Shown here piece after piece: positions 47,337 through 59,779 of a stretch of DNA of 64,000 nt. Source of the stretch: Macrostomum lignano (lineage: Eukaryota); assembly GCA_002269645.1 (NCBI GenBank), contig NIVC01002611.1, forward strand, positions 1 to 64,000. Direction: 5' to 3'. The position numbers were made by a program, and so were the translations under genes. Each line of letters starts with the position of its first letter. Within the stretch, counting starts at the first letter, position 1. The notes under the pieces are model-generated. The model did no database searches, was not told the origin of the DNA, and saw only the letters and a list, made by a program, of their open reading frames with translations.

Positions 47337-50300
47337 ATGAACTCTTTTGCAGACTTTAGTAGCAGTCCAGAAATAAAAAAAATCTGCCTTAGATTTAGAA
47401 TAAACGGCTTTATGGCCTTAGAATAAACGGCTTGGAGGAGGCGAGGTTATAGTTAATTCTTTCCTTATTCCTTCCCCTTTTTAGTCTTCGCAGGATGGTG
47501 GGGTCATCAGGCAGACGTAGATGCTCATCTTAGTCTTTCTTAATGTACATGCCTATTTAGTTCCTCCTTCTTTCCTTCTAGTTCTAGTTCTCTCCTCTGT
47601 ACATAATATACCCTTCACCCCCTGGCCCCTGAATTTTATTTTCTAGTTAATTCAAGACAGACTTCTTTCAAACAATTCAGAAGCTAATGCATTTTGCAGC
47701 GAAAACTGGCCAGGCAACCCACCCCATCGTTCATCACTGATTCCACTGGCTCAGCTGGCAGACTGCCCACGGGCCACGCCCCAGTCCCACCCCCTCGGCC
47801 CTCGGTTATCCACTCACCCCCCTCACCCCTTAATAGTCGGTTGGTCGGTTGGGAGAATGAGTTGATAGTTGATAGTTGTCCAAGGACCAAGTTATACGAG
47901 TACAAAGAAAGCAATGAAATGACTTGAGATCCACACATCCCCTTAGGCCTTAATGTATTTCTAATGCATACAAGCTATTAATAATACTATTACATATAAT
48001 CACTCTATTCGTTTGTTAATTGTTATTCTATCGATTCGGATACCTTTCTCTTCCTTAACGGTCACTTGCAACTAAAAAAAGTAAATAAAAAATTTTTGCT
48101 TTGGAAATTTGGGGGTATCGGCCGATACACCGATACCCCCCTCGCTACGCCCCTGAGCCCACAAATAAAAACACTCTAACTACCAAAATTACCTAAAGGG
48201 ATTACCCATAGATGCGACCTCCATAGGGGCCTAATCAAGGCTCTTATTGCCATTATGCTACATTTAGAATACTACCATTGCTACTATTAATATAGATTTT
48301 TATTTATTTGTTAACATTTTTATTGGCTAGAATTTAATCAAGATAATAGTTTAATAATCAATTTGTTTTTTAGAAAAATATAGCAAATATATAGTGCAGT
48401 GGTTAGATAAAAATCTATTTTTTAGATTGAGCCAAAGAAATTTCATATTTTTGCTATGGTCTTAAGAATTAGAATTGGATTCTAGGATTGGATTGGGTTC
48501 TATGTTTCTTAACATTAGATTTATAAAATCTTAGTCCTATCAGCATTGTTTACTTTATGCAACTTGTTTATTCCATATCTATTAGTCTATTATCATATTA
48601 TGTCTCTTTTATGTACTATCTATTTTATGCATCTTAAATGCATTACATACATTGCTAAAGCTCAGCTTCTTTACTTTAGCACTTTGACACAAAAATTATA
48701 GAATTCTGGCTTATACGAAATTCTTTATATAAATTGAATATTTAAATTTGACCAGAAATCTTGAAAATAAATAAATAAGTCTCAAACAGTAGTGGATTTA
48801 GGAGGGAGATGCAATGCACAAGGCATTAGGCATGGTGCATGCCCTCTAGTAAATAGTAATGCCTGAGGAGCAGCCATTTTTTGGACAATAAATGTAGTGA
48901 CAAGCGAAGCCATGATGTTTTATTTTTTGCTCTCTGTCCCTTGTACTTAACTTAGTATGCCCCATCCCGTGGTGCTTCAAGCTCATGTATATATGTGAAC
49001 CACGTGATTCAAGTATTTAATCATATAGTAGTCTTGAAATATTTACACCGACCAATCATTTGGAAAAAGAGCCTAGCGAGTGCTAATATATATAAACGCA
49101 CCCGTGTTTGCTTAAAACTAACGAAAACAGCACGATTTAAGTTTTTTGTTTACGGTATGACAGCATGCTGGTTGCTGTCTCAGCTTGCTGGTTAATCGAA
49201 AAATGATTGTTACAATATCAACAAAGCTAGTTAACTTTTTAGCGCCAATAAATGCATTCATGTTTTAGTAGCTTGTTGCAGGACTATCTTTCTGCTGTGG
49301 GTTTCTTGTTAGTTAGTTTTAGACATGCATCATGACGGTAGGCCTAGGCCCTTGCAGCTTAAATTTAAATGCTTTCTACTCGCTGAAGGCAGTGCACGTG
49401 CGTGCGTGCTGCTGGCCGGCAACTAGGAAACTAGGGTCTAAAATCCATGTAGTTCTAAAACTGAGCTGGGGTGAAGGCTGTGTGGCTAAGCCTACACATG
49501 AAATGCCTAAACTAGGCTTACTACTATAAGGCATTGAATTAGACCATTGAATTAGATTTTTTAATAAAATAATTGGTTCTAATTCTAAATTCTAATACTA
49601 TGGTATTAAACGAACTAACAAGTCTGGTTTATTTAGGTCAAGTTAATTGTGTTGTTTAAAAGGTAATCTAGCCACTTGGTATAGGGGGGGGGGCTACTCC
49701 TACTCCTAGGCCTAGGCCAGCCCCAGTGGGCCTAGCCAGGTAGAAGTTGAGTAGTAGGTAGGTGGTAGGCCTAGTAGTTGAGTGAGTTGAGTTGAGTAGA
49801 AAAAAGTAGGGCCTAAGCCTTTGCTTCCCATATAGTCATATGCAAAAAATATCAGTTTTTATTCTAGAGAGTAAGAGAGACTAAGAGTGAGTGCAATTCT
49901 AGGTTTAGACCTAATTAGAAAAAATAACCAGATATTGCTATAAAGTAGGCTATAATGCTAATATTGTATTGGCCATTTAAAAAATATTTGACTTTGAAAA
50001 AGTTCTTGGCTATAAAGTAGTGTATATTTCATTGCTATATTATAATATTAAATAGGCCGGCTTCCAGACAGTCCAGTGACACAGCTGTGTCCTACTCATG
50101 AGGCCATTCTATCCTCGGAAAACACGGCCTTGCAGCCTAGCAATGAATATAGCGGTGTAGCACTGCATGTATTTCTGGCTTTATTTTACGTTGTATTGAA
50201 AACATTTGTGCACATATGCACGAAAAAGTTCTTTCATTGAAACAGTTATACCCTTTTACATTATATATATATATTGGCAATGCCAATGGCTTAATTTAAT

Positions 50301-51329
50301 TTAAGCAGTTCTATACACCTAAAAATATGGGCCCTAAAATTTATGCTTTTTCTTCATCTAGTGTTATGGTATATAAAAGGCGCATATATCCAAGACCTAT
50401 CTATATAATATAATGGTATTTCTATATAAATAGTAATGCTAATTGCTAAATAAAAAATAGAGCTTGACTAGTAAACCATTTGCTAGTATATGACTGGGTT
50501 ATTATTTTTTATTAACAGAGCCAGATTTGTCTATATTGTTGATATATTTCTAGCCAAAGCATTATAGTATTAGTTGCCTATATTAGCTATTAGCTATGCC
50601 TTGTCTAGATATAGTATAGGGCCTAATTCTATCTAGCCTAGGATAGAACTCTATAGCTTTAAGGACTTAATTTTAATGTAGGCCTATTAAGTTTTTAATC
50701 CATTTTACACAAAATTGACTATTTGATTTGATATCAAACCTATTTAATTTAAGCCCTAGGCCTAGCCAAAATAAATCATTGCTAAATAGAATTGAAATTT
50801 AAAATTAAATATACTAGCCTACTAAAATTTATATACACCAAGTTATATATAGTGCTAGGCCTAGGGCTAAAGAAAAGTTGAACCCTAATAATACTATTTA
50901 TTATACTAATGAATTAGTGAGTAAACTTGAAGCCTACCTACTAGGCCTAATATAAATAATTAAGCATACAAGCAAATATTAGAGATTTAGTATATTTGGT
51001 TTGGATTAATATATTCTAATTAGGTCTATATTTGATTCAAAATAGCTAAGCCTACCTAAGCTTTAGCCTAGGCTAAAGATAAAAGCATTAATTTAGCCTT
51101 TTTATTGGATTAAAATATGTTTAGTTAGCATGCTTTGGTGTAACCCTTTTTTCATCTTTCTATATCCTCTTTTCTTATTCTCTATCTTCTATCCTTATAC
51201 TCTTTTCTACCCTTTTTACCCTCCCCTCACCTTTTGATCCTATCCTCTTCAACCTATCTCTACCCTCTTCTACTAGGTTCTACCCTTGTTTATAGCTTTA
51301 CATTTATTTGTGGCTTCATTCTCTTAGCC

Positions 51330-52300
51330 CTAGCTTGAGATCAAGCCCCAGCTCAAGCTCTAGCCACACCACAGCCCTAGCAGCTAGCTCTAGCTTAAGC
51401 TCAAGCACTAGCCCAGCCCCAGCCCTATCCCACTCTATCCCAGCCCCTAATCTAGCCCTAACCTTAGCCCTAGCCCTAGTTCCTCCCCTAGCCCTGGCCT
51501 TAGCCTTAGTGCTTGTTATCCCTGCCCCAGCTCTGGCCCTATCACTATCCTGCCCCAGCCCTAGCCCTTGCCCTAGCCCCAGCCCTAGCCCCAGCCCTAG
51601 AACCAGCCCTAGCCCCAGCCCTAGCCCCAGCCTTTGCCCTTGCCCTAGCCTTAGCCCAAGCCCAAGCCCCAGCCTTAGCCTCAGCCCCAGCCTTTGCCCT
51701 AGCCCAAGCCCAAGCCCAAGCCCTAGCCCTTGCCCTAGCCTTAGCCCAAGCCCCAGCCTTAGCCCCAGCCCCAGCCTTTGCCCTAGCCTTAGCCCAAGCC
51801 CTTGCCCTAGCCTTAGCCCAAGCCCAAGCCCTAGCCCTAGCCTAGCCCTTGCCCCTGCCCTAGCCCCTGCCCTAGCCCCTGCCCTAGCCCTAGCCCCAGC
51901 CCTAGCCTTAGCCTTAGCCCAAGCCCTAGCCCTTGCCCGAGCCCTTGCCCTAGCCTTAGCCTAAGCCCTTGCCCCTGCCCCTGCATCTGCCCTAGCCCCT
52001 GCCCTTGCCCTAGCCCTAGCCCCAGCCCCTGCCCTTGCCCTAGCCCTAGCCCCAGCCCTACCCCACCCAAGCCCTACCCCACCCCAGCGTCAGCCCTACC
52101 CCACCCCATCGCCAGCCCTACCCCACCCTAGCGCCAGCCCTACCCCACTCCAGCCCCAGCCCTACCCCACTCCAGCCCCAGCCCTACCCCACCCCAGCCC
52201 TACCCCATCTCAGCGCCAGCCCTACCCCATCTCAGCGCCAGCCCTACCCCATCCCAGTCTTGGCCCTAGACCCCCAGATCTGGCCCTTTCACTATCCTAG
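51330..52300. repeat. Degenerate hexamer array (CCCTAG/CCCCAG/CCTTAG/CCCAAG), telomere-variant-like
   Basis: Direct reading; mirrored as a G-rich array at about 59780-60750. Confidence 0.9.
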
Positions 52301-53109
52301 CCCTAACCCCAGCAGAATTCTACTTCTTTAACTCCTGCACCCCTGCACTCCCTACACCCCGTGCACTCCACATGTGCTGTTTGTATTTTTATGAATACTT
52401 TTTTTGTTGCTTTAATCATTAATTCCTCCCAGGCAGTCCTTCTAGGCTATCTTTCCTAGGCAGCCCCCAGGCAAACCTTTCAAGGCAGCTTTCCCAGGCA
52501 AACCCTCCCAGACAGCCCCCCTACCCTCCTCTACTTTTCTATCCTCTCCTTACTCTTCTCTACCCTTTATCCTCCTACTCTCCTCTACTATCCTACACAC
52601 CTCTATCCTTCTCTACCCTCTACCCCTTCTCTACCCTCTTCTACCAGCTCCTCCCCTCCTCTGCAGCTATACCCTTGTCTATGGCTTTACCCTCCGTTGC
52701 CAGCCTCACCCCCTACTCTCCTCTACCAGCTCCTACCCTTCTCTGCCCTTCTACCATTTTCTACCCTCCTACCTTCTACTCTCCCCTGCCCTGCTCTACC
52801 CTTCGACACTTTCCCTTCTCTCTTCTACCAGCTCCTACCCTCCTCTACCAACTATTACCCTCCTAGCCTCCGCCATCAGCTCCTACCCTCCTATAACAGG
52901 AGGAATAACAGGATAATGAACCTAGATTAGATTCTATCTACTATACTAGGTTAGTAGCCTATCCTACCTACTAGGCTAGTAAATATAATACCTATCATTC
53001 TACCGTCTAGACTTATAGGTGCTAATCTACTTTATAGTCTGTTAGGCTTCGCGGGTCAACCTGCCAGTCTTCTAGGTACTAATCCACTCTATCTACCTGA
53101 CTAGTAGTT

Positions 53110-53640
53110 GCTAAACAACTCTGTACCCTACAAGGCTAGCACCCTGAGTCAACACGACCTCAGGGTGCTGCAGAGCGACACACTTGCGGCCTACCTTTTC
53201 GTTTTGGTGCTCGATGGGGTGCTACGGAGGGCCCTGCCAACATATGAGGACGGCTTCCTACTGTGGCTGCAAACAAACAGCCGCCATCTGGAGTCGGCGT
53301 AACCCAGGAGCTGTTTGCCTCTACGGCTGAGGGAGCCCAGCGCATGCTAGACAGCCTGGTGGCAGCTGCGGCATCGGTCGGGCTAGCGGTGAACATCGAG
53401 AAGAGGCAGGTGATGTGTACCTGCGGAGCTGCCTATCAAAATCACCTGCTGGGACGCCTGACGATCGTGCATTGGCTCTACCTCGCTGCACGCGCTTCAC
53501 GTACCTCGGCAGTCTTGTGCCCAGTGTCCAGGAGGACTTGGCGCGACGCAGGGGCCTGGCCTGGGTTGCCTTCCGCTCTATCCGAGTTGTCCTGTAGGAC
53601 GCCGCGCTGCCAGACTGCTGCGACGACCTAGCGAGACCCT
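53110..53640 (+). pseudogene. Degenerate non-LTR retrotransposon reverse transcriptase fragment (RTE-like)
   Basis: Frameshifted pieces (G)VLQSDTLAAYLFVLVLDGVLRR, GAQRMLDSLVAAAASVGLAVNIEK and FTYLGS...EDLARRRGLAWVAF match LINE RT motifs (GVLQGDTLAP; FxYLGS). The catalytic YADD segment is missing. Confidence 0.75.
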
Positions 53641-54974
53641 CCGCAGGCAAAGACTTCAACTGGCGGGCCACACCATTCGGCGGAGGCTTACTGTTCTCAA
53701 CCAGTGCAGGACGTCCTGCTACTCACGATGCAGGGCCCCTGGCCCCGAGGCTACGGCCGGGCGAGCCGCTACGCGGATTGCTTGCTAGATGACGCTGGGG
53801 TGATCGGCTAGGAATTCTGTTGCCGCCTTCAGAGAGCTCGCACCGAGAAAACTGATCTGACACCGCCTCCATTGTGAACTGTACTCTGTTGAGTCCCCGG
53901 CGGTTTGCCTTGTTGTTGTCTCTTCAGAATAATTTGCCCAGCTGCGAACTGTGATGGTGCATATCGCGTACTCGCGATTCAAAAGTTTATGCTTCTTACT
54001 GTTTCACTGATCTAATTCCAAACCTACCACGCAAACTATTTACTTTTAATTCCGTGTGCTTTTCTTGTGTTTTACTTTTTACTTTTTACTTTTTACTTTT
54101 TTCTTGTGTCAATGCTATTTATTGCGTGTAATATTGTCGCAAAATTAAACTTCGGATGTCAATATTTAGCTACTGCCGCTGTTCTGCATTACAAATACTT
54201 CCGCATGTACTGACGTAACATTGCGCCAATAATTTTACATTGCGTGGCGTCGAAACCAATCTGCTGTTGAATGCTACTAGCGTAGCTAATGGCCGTTTGA
54301 ATCTCTTGAAATACATTGAAATGTCATGCTGTAGTATTGCTGTTGAAGATCTAAACGAGACTAGCCATACTCCCTACTGATCCATATGCTTCTCAAGCAA
54401 GGTATACGGAAAGCAGAATGAGCAGCAAACTTAGTATTTGATCTTTGGATCCCTTATAGAACCAAGGGAAGGGATCTAGTCTAGATCTAACATTTAAATA
54501 AAAATTCTTGATATAATGGAATGCAATAAATGCCAACCGGAGTAATTTTTTAACTTCCACTTTCCCCGAGTTTGACCACTTTCTCTGCTACAGGCTTAAG
54601 CTAAACCAACGCAAAATGCGAGCCTGAATAAAAAACAACTCACTCCACAACCTTAACCTTAATATTTCTTTCTGCCACTGCTGTGTCTTGCAATACTCAA
54701 AAATCCTGTGACTTCGCTTCACAGATATTGCTTGAGAAACATATGCCGTCCCATTTGAATTGGCGCAAGTCTCTTTTACATCGTCAAAAGCAATATGTCT
54801 GGTGCCAATTATATTTGTGCCGATCAAACTTCCTAGAGAATGATTTGTTGATAACTACATGTCCCTGTCTTGAAGCTTGCACGCTGTCTTTAACCATTAT
54901 TTTGTCGGTGTACAACGTGGAACCGATCAGACAAGTTGGTCGTAAATTCCCTAAAATCCTGGATAGGGGCTGAG

Positions 54975-56815
54975 CTGTTGGGGAAGAGCTAGGCGGCAAG
55001 CAGCGGAGCTGTTGGGGGAGCCGCGGTAGGCAGCGGAGCTGTTGGGGGAGCCGCGGTAGGCAGCGGAGCTGTTGGGGGAGAGGCGGTAGACAGCGGAAAT
55101 GTTGGGGGAGCCGCGGTAGGCAGCGGAGCTGTTGGGGGAGAGGCGGTAGACAGCGGAAATGTTGGGGGAGCCGCGGTAGGCAGCGGAGCTGCTGGGGGAG
55201 AGGCGGCAAGCAGCGGAGCTGTTGGGGGAGCCGCGGTAGGCAGCGGAGCTGTTGGGGGAGCCGCGGTAGGCAGCGGAGCTGTTGGGGGAGAGGCGGCAAG
55301 CAGCGGAGCTGTTGGGGGAGCCGCGGTAGGCAGCGGAGCTGTTGGGGGAGCCGCGGTAGGCAGCGGAGCTGTTGGGGGAGAGGCGGCAAGCAGCGGAGCT
55401 GTTGGGGGAGCCGCGGTAGGCAGCGGAGCTGTTGGGGGAGAGGCGGCAAGCAGCGGAGCTGTTGGGGGAGCCGCGGTAGGCAGCGGAGCTGTTGGGGGAG
55501 AGGCGGCAAGCAGCGGAGCTGTTGGGGGAGCCGCGGTAGGCAGCGGAGCTGTTGGGGGAGCCGCGGTAGACAGCGGAAATGTTGGGGGAGCCGCGGTAGG
55601 CAGCGGAGCTGCTGGGGAGAGGCGGCAAGCAGCGGAGCTGTTGGGGGAGCCGCGGTAGGCAGCGGAGCTGTTGGGGGAGCCGCGGTAGGCAGCGGAGCTG
55701 TTGGGGGAGAGGCGGCAAGCAGCGGAGCTGTTGGGGGAGCCGCGGTAGGCAGCGGAGCTGTTGGGGGAGAGGCGGCAAGCAGCGGAGCTGTTGGGGGAGC
55801 CGCGGTAGGCAGCGGAGCTGTTGGGGGAGAGGCGGCAAGCAGCGGAGCTGTTGGGGGAGCCGCGGTAGGCAGCGGAGCTGTTGGGGGAGAGGCGGTAGAC
55901 AGCGGAAATGTTGGGGGAGCCGCGGTAGGCAGCGGAGCTGTTGGGGGAGCCGCGGTAGGCAGCGGAGCTGTTGGGGGAGAGGCGGCAAGCAGCGGAGCTG
56001 TTGGGGGAGCCGCGGTAGGCAGCGGAGCTGTTGGGGGAGAGGCGGCAAGCAGCGGAGCTGTTGGGGGAGCCGCGGTAGGCAGCGGAGCTGTTGGGGGAGA
56101 GGCGGCAAGCAGCGGAGCTGTTGGGGGAGCCGCGGTAGGCAGCGGAGCTGTTGGGGGAGCCGCGGTAGACAGCGGAAATGTTGGGGGAGCCGCGGTAGGC
56201 AGCGGAGCTGCTGGGGGAGAGGCGGCAAGCAGCGGAGCTGTTGGGGGAGCCGCGGTAGGCAGCGGAGCTGTTGGGGGAGCCGCGGTAGGCAGCGGAGCTG
56301 TTGGGGGAGAGGCGGCAAGCAGCGGAGCTGTTGGGGGAGCCGCGGTAGGCAGCGGAGCTGTTGGGGGAGAGGCGGCAAGCAGCGGAGCTGTTGGGGGAGC
56401 CGCGGTAGGCAGCGGAGCTGTTGGGGGAGAGGCGGCAAGCAGCGGAGCTGTTGGGGGAGCCGCGGTAGGCAGCGGAGCTGTTGGGGGAGCCGCGGTAGGC
56501 AGCGGAGCTTTTGGGGGAGAGGCGGCAAGCAGCGGAGCTGTTGGGGGAGCCGCGGTAGGCAGCGGAGCTGTTGGGGGAGCCGCGGTAGGCAGCGGAGCTG
56601 TTGGGGGAGAGGCGGCAAGCAGCGGAGCTGTTGGGGGAGCCGCGGTAGGCAGCGGAGCTGTTGGGGGAGAGGCGGCAAGCAGCGGAGCTGTTGGGGGAGC
56701 CGCGGTAGGCAGCGGAGCTGTTGGGGGAGCCGCGGTAGGCAGCGGAGCTGTTGGGGGAGAGGCGGCAAGCAGCGGAGCTGTTGGGGGAGAGGCGGCAATT
56801 GCAGTGGAGCTGTTG
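54975..56815. repeat. 30-bp GC-rich minisatellite, about 61 copies, in the element spacer
   Basis: Units gccgcggtaggcagcggagctgttggggga and gaggcggcaagcagcggagctgttggggga; one 1-nt deletion near 55610. Confidence 0.97.
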
Positions 56816-57051
56816 GGTGAAGGAGGAGGTAGCATACATGTAAGTACATGTAGGTTTCTATGCGATCATATTCCACAGAAGTCGCCTTCAAAATTGGATA
56901 CATGTTCGGCGTTCGAAAAATGAATCCCTCTCAGTGTGCATCCCTCCCTGGTGGTACCAAAGAATACCATTTTGTCAATCAAGTTTAGGATTGCCCATTA
57001 ACCTACAGATAGTAGAAAGCGAAGACAATGAGGAAAGTGAAGCCTTTTGAC

Positions 57052-57256
57052 GGGTCGCTTTCATAAGACCGAAATTTTACAACGCCGAAAACTACTGCAC
57101 GATGCTTTCACAAGACCGAAACTTCATAAGACCGACCGAGACACAACGCTGAAAACTGACCAAGGTCTTATGAGGTCTTATGAAGTTTCCGTCTTGTGTA
57201 GGGCCCTGCATTTTGAGTTTTTGGCGTTGTGAAATTTCGGTCTTATGAAATCCCCC
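57052..57256. mobile_element. Palindromic MITE-like element (about 200 bp) in the spacer
   Basis: tttcataagaccgaaattttacaacgccgaaaact (57059-57093) versus the reverse complement of 57216-57250 (33/35), plus an inner inverted pair built on acaagac(c/g)gaaacttcataagacc. No clear TSD. Confidence 0.7.
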
Positions 57257-58440
57257 CTTTTACGAAGCCGATGAGTTCGTGCCGTAGTGTACTAAAATAT
57301 CCGAGTTTAAGTGTATTCTTCTATAATTTAATTCGCTGCCTGTCAGCCACGATGGATCTATACAGGGAGCGGAGATTAATTTACATGTATGTACTCGTAT
57401 AAACATAAAAATTCATATCTTACTTCCTTGGCTCTTTCTTTACCAGTGGAATGGCCGTCTATGGCCAAAAGTCATTAAATTGTTGCCTGAGAATTCAAAA
57501 CGAGACCGATTGTAGAGCCACTGAAGCAATCCACTCGGGGTAGGCTGAATTTGCTGAGCGAGTGGATTGCTTCAGTATTCAATTTTCAACATGGAAGAAG
57601 TGGATATAAACATTGACATGAATGTCAACTTTTGACTGCTGGACAATCTGTAGCAACGACACTTCATCGTGTCGGGACTAGCCATACTCCCTAATAAAGT
57701 ATCAGTAGGGAGTATGGCTAGTCTCGTTTAGATCTTCAACAGCAATACTACAGCATGACATTTCAATGTATTTCAAGAGATTCAAACGGCCATTAGCTAC
57801 GCTAGTAGCATTCAACAGCAGATTGGTTTCGACGCCACGCAATGTAAAATTATTGGCGCAATGTTACGTCAGTACATGCGGAAGTATTTGTAATGCAGAA
57901 CAGCGGCAGTAGCTAAATATTGACATCCGAAGTTTAATTTTGCGACAATATTACACGCAATAAATAGCATTGACACAAGAAAAAAGTAAAAAGTAAAAAG
58001 TAAAAAGTAAAACACAAGAAAAGCACACGGAATTAAAAGTAAATAGTTTGCGTGGTAGGTTTGGAATTAGATCAGTGAAACAGTAAGAAGCATAAACTTT
58101 TGAATCGCGAGTACGCGATATGCACCATCACAGTTCGCAGCTGGGCAAATTATTCTGAAGAGACAACAACAAGGCAAACCGCCGGGGACTCAACAGAGTA
58201 CAGTTCACAATGGAGGCGGTGTCAGATCAGTTTTCTCGGTGCGAGCTCTCTGAAGGCGGCAACAGAATTCCTAGCCGATCACCCCAGCGTCATCTAGCAA
58301 GCAATCCGCGTAGCGGCTCGCCCGGCCGTAGCCTCGGGCCAGGGGCCCTGCATCGTGAGTAGCAGGACGTCCTGCACTGGTTGAGAACAGTAAGCCTCCG
58401 CCGAATGGTGTGGCCCGCCAGTTGAAGTCTTTGCCTGCGG

Positions 58441-58971
58441 AGGGTCTCGCTAGGTCGTCGCAGCAGTCTGGCAGCGCGGCGTCCTACAGGACAACTCGGA
58501 TAGAGCGGAAGGCAACCCAGGCCAGGCCCCTGCGTCGCGCCAAGTCCTCCTGGACACTGGGCACAAGACTGCCGAGGTACGTGAAGCGCGTGCAGCGAGG
58601 TAGAGCCAATGCACGATCGTCAGGCGTCCCAGCAGGTGATTTTGATAGGCAGCTCCGCAGGTACACATCACCTGCCTCTTCTCGATGTTCACCGCTAGCC
58701 CGACCGATGCCGCAGCTGCCACCAGGCTGTCTAGCATGCGCTGGGCTCCCTCAGCCGTAGAGGCAAACAGCTCCTGGGTTACGCCGACTCCAGATGGCGG
58801 CTGTTTGTTTGCAGCCACAGTAGGAAGCCGTCCTCATATGTTGGCAGGGCCCTCCGTAGCACCCCATCGAGCACCAAAACGAAAAGGTAGGCCGCAAGTG
58901 TGTCGCTCTGCAGCACCCTGAGGTCGTGTTGACTCAGGGTGCTAGCCTTGTAGGGTACAGAGTTGTTTAGC
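58441..58971 (-). pseudogene. Mirror copy of the degenerate LINE RT fragment
   Basis: Translations are identical to those of 53110-53640, on the opposite strand. Confidence 0.75.
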
Positions 58972-59779
58972 AACTACTAGTCAGGTAGATAGAGTGGATT
59001 AGTACCTAGAAGACTGGCAGGTTGACCCGCGAAGCCTAACAGACTATAAAGTAGATTAGCACCTATAAGTCTAGACGGTAGAATGATAGGTATTATATTT
59101 ACTAGCCTAGTAGGTAGGATAGGCTACTAACCTAGTATAGTAGATAGAATCTAATCTAGGTTCATTATCCTGTTATTCCTCCTGTTATAGGAGGGTAGGA
59201 GCTGATGGCGGAGGCTAGGAGGGTAATAGTTGGTAGAGGAGGGTAGGAGCTGGTAGAAGAGAGAAGGGAAAGTGTCGAAGGGTAGAGCAGGGCAGGGGAG
59301 AGTAGAAGGTAGGAGGGTAGAAAATGGTAGAAGGGCAGAGAAGGGTAGGAGCTGGTAGAGGAGAGTAGGGGGTGAGGCTGGCAACGGAGGGTAAAGCCAT
59401 AGACAAGGGTATAGCTGCAGAGGAGGGGAGGAGCTGGTAGAAGAGGGTAGAGAAGGGGTAGAGGGTAGAGAAGGATAGAGGTGTGTAGGATAGTAGAGGA
59501 GAGTAGGAGGATAAAGGGTAGAGAAGAGTAAGGAGAGGATAGAAAAGTAGAGGAGGGTAGGGGGGCTGTCTGGGAGGGTTTGCCTGGGAAAGCTGCCTTG
59601 AAAGGTTTGCCTGGGGGCTGCCTAGGAAAGATAGCCTAGAAGGACTGCCTGGGAGGAATTAATGATTAAAGCAACAAAAAAAGTATTCATAAAAATACAA
59701 ACAGCACATGTGGAGTGCACGGGGTGTAGGGAGTGCAGGGGTGCAGGAGTTAAAGAAGTAGAATTCTGCTGGGGTTAGG

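Larger units (their letters stand above)
44062..48155 (-). mobile_element. Full-length hAT-superfamily DNA transposon, 4094 bp
   Basis: Perfect 12-bp TIR CAGGGGCGTAGC (44062-44073 and 48144-48155), exact 8-bp TSD AGCCCACA (44054-44061 and 48156-48163), and subterminal GGGGGTATCGG motifs at both ends. Confidence 0.97.
49099..54381 (+). repeat. Left inverted arm (5283 bp)
   Basis: Mirror of 57701-62983; contains an AT-rich block, a hexamer array, a CT-rich tract and an RT remnant. Confidence 0.97.

Noticed and set aside
51308-52070. Pro/Ser, Ala/Leu and Gly/Gln repeat ORFs (and mirrors at 60011-60773)
   Set aside because: Translations of degenerate hexamer DNA.
54784-56903. 600-680 aa mucin-like ORFs in three minus-strand frames
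   Set aside because: They arise from a stop-free 30-bp repeat. All three frames are open, they swap at a 1-nt deletion near 55610, and there is no signal peptide or unique domain.
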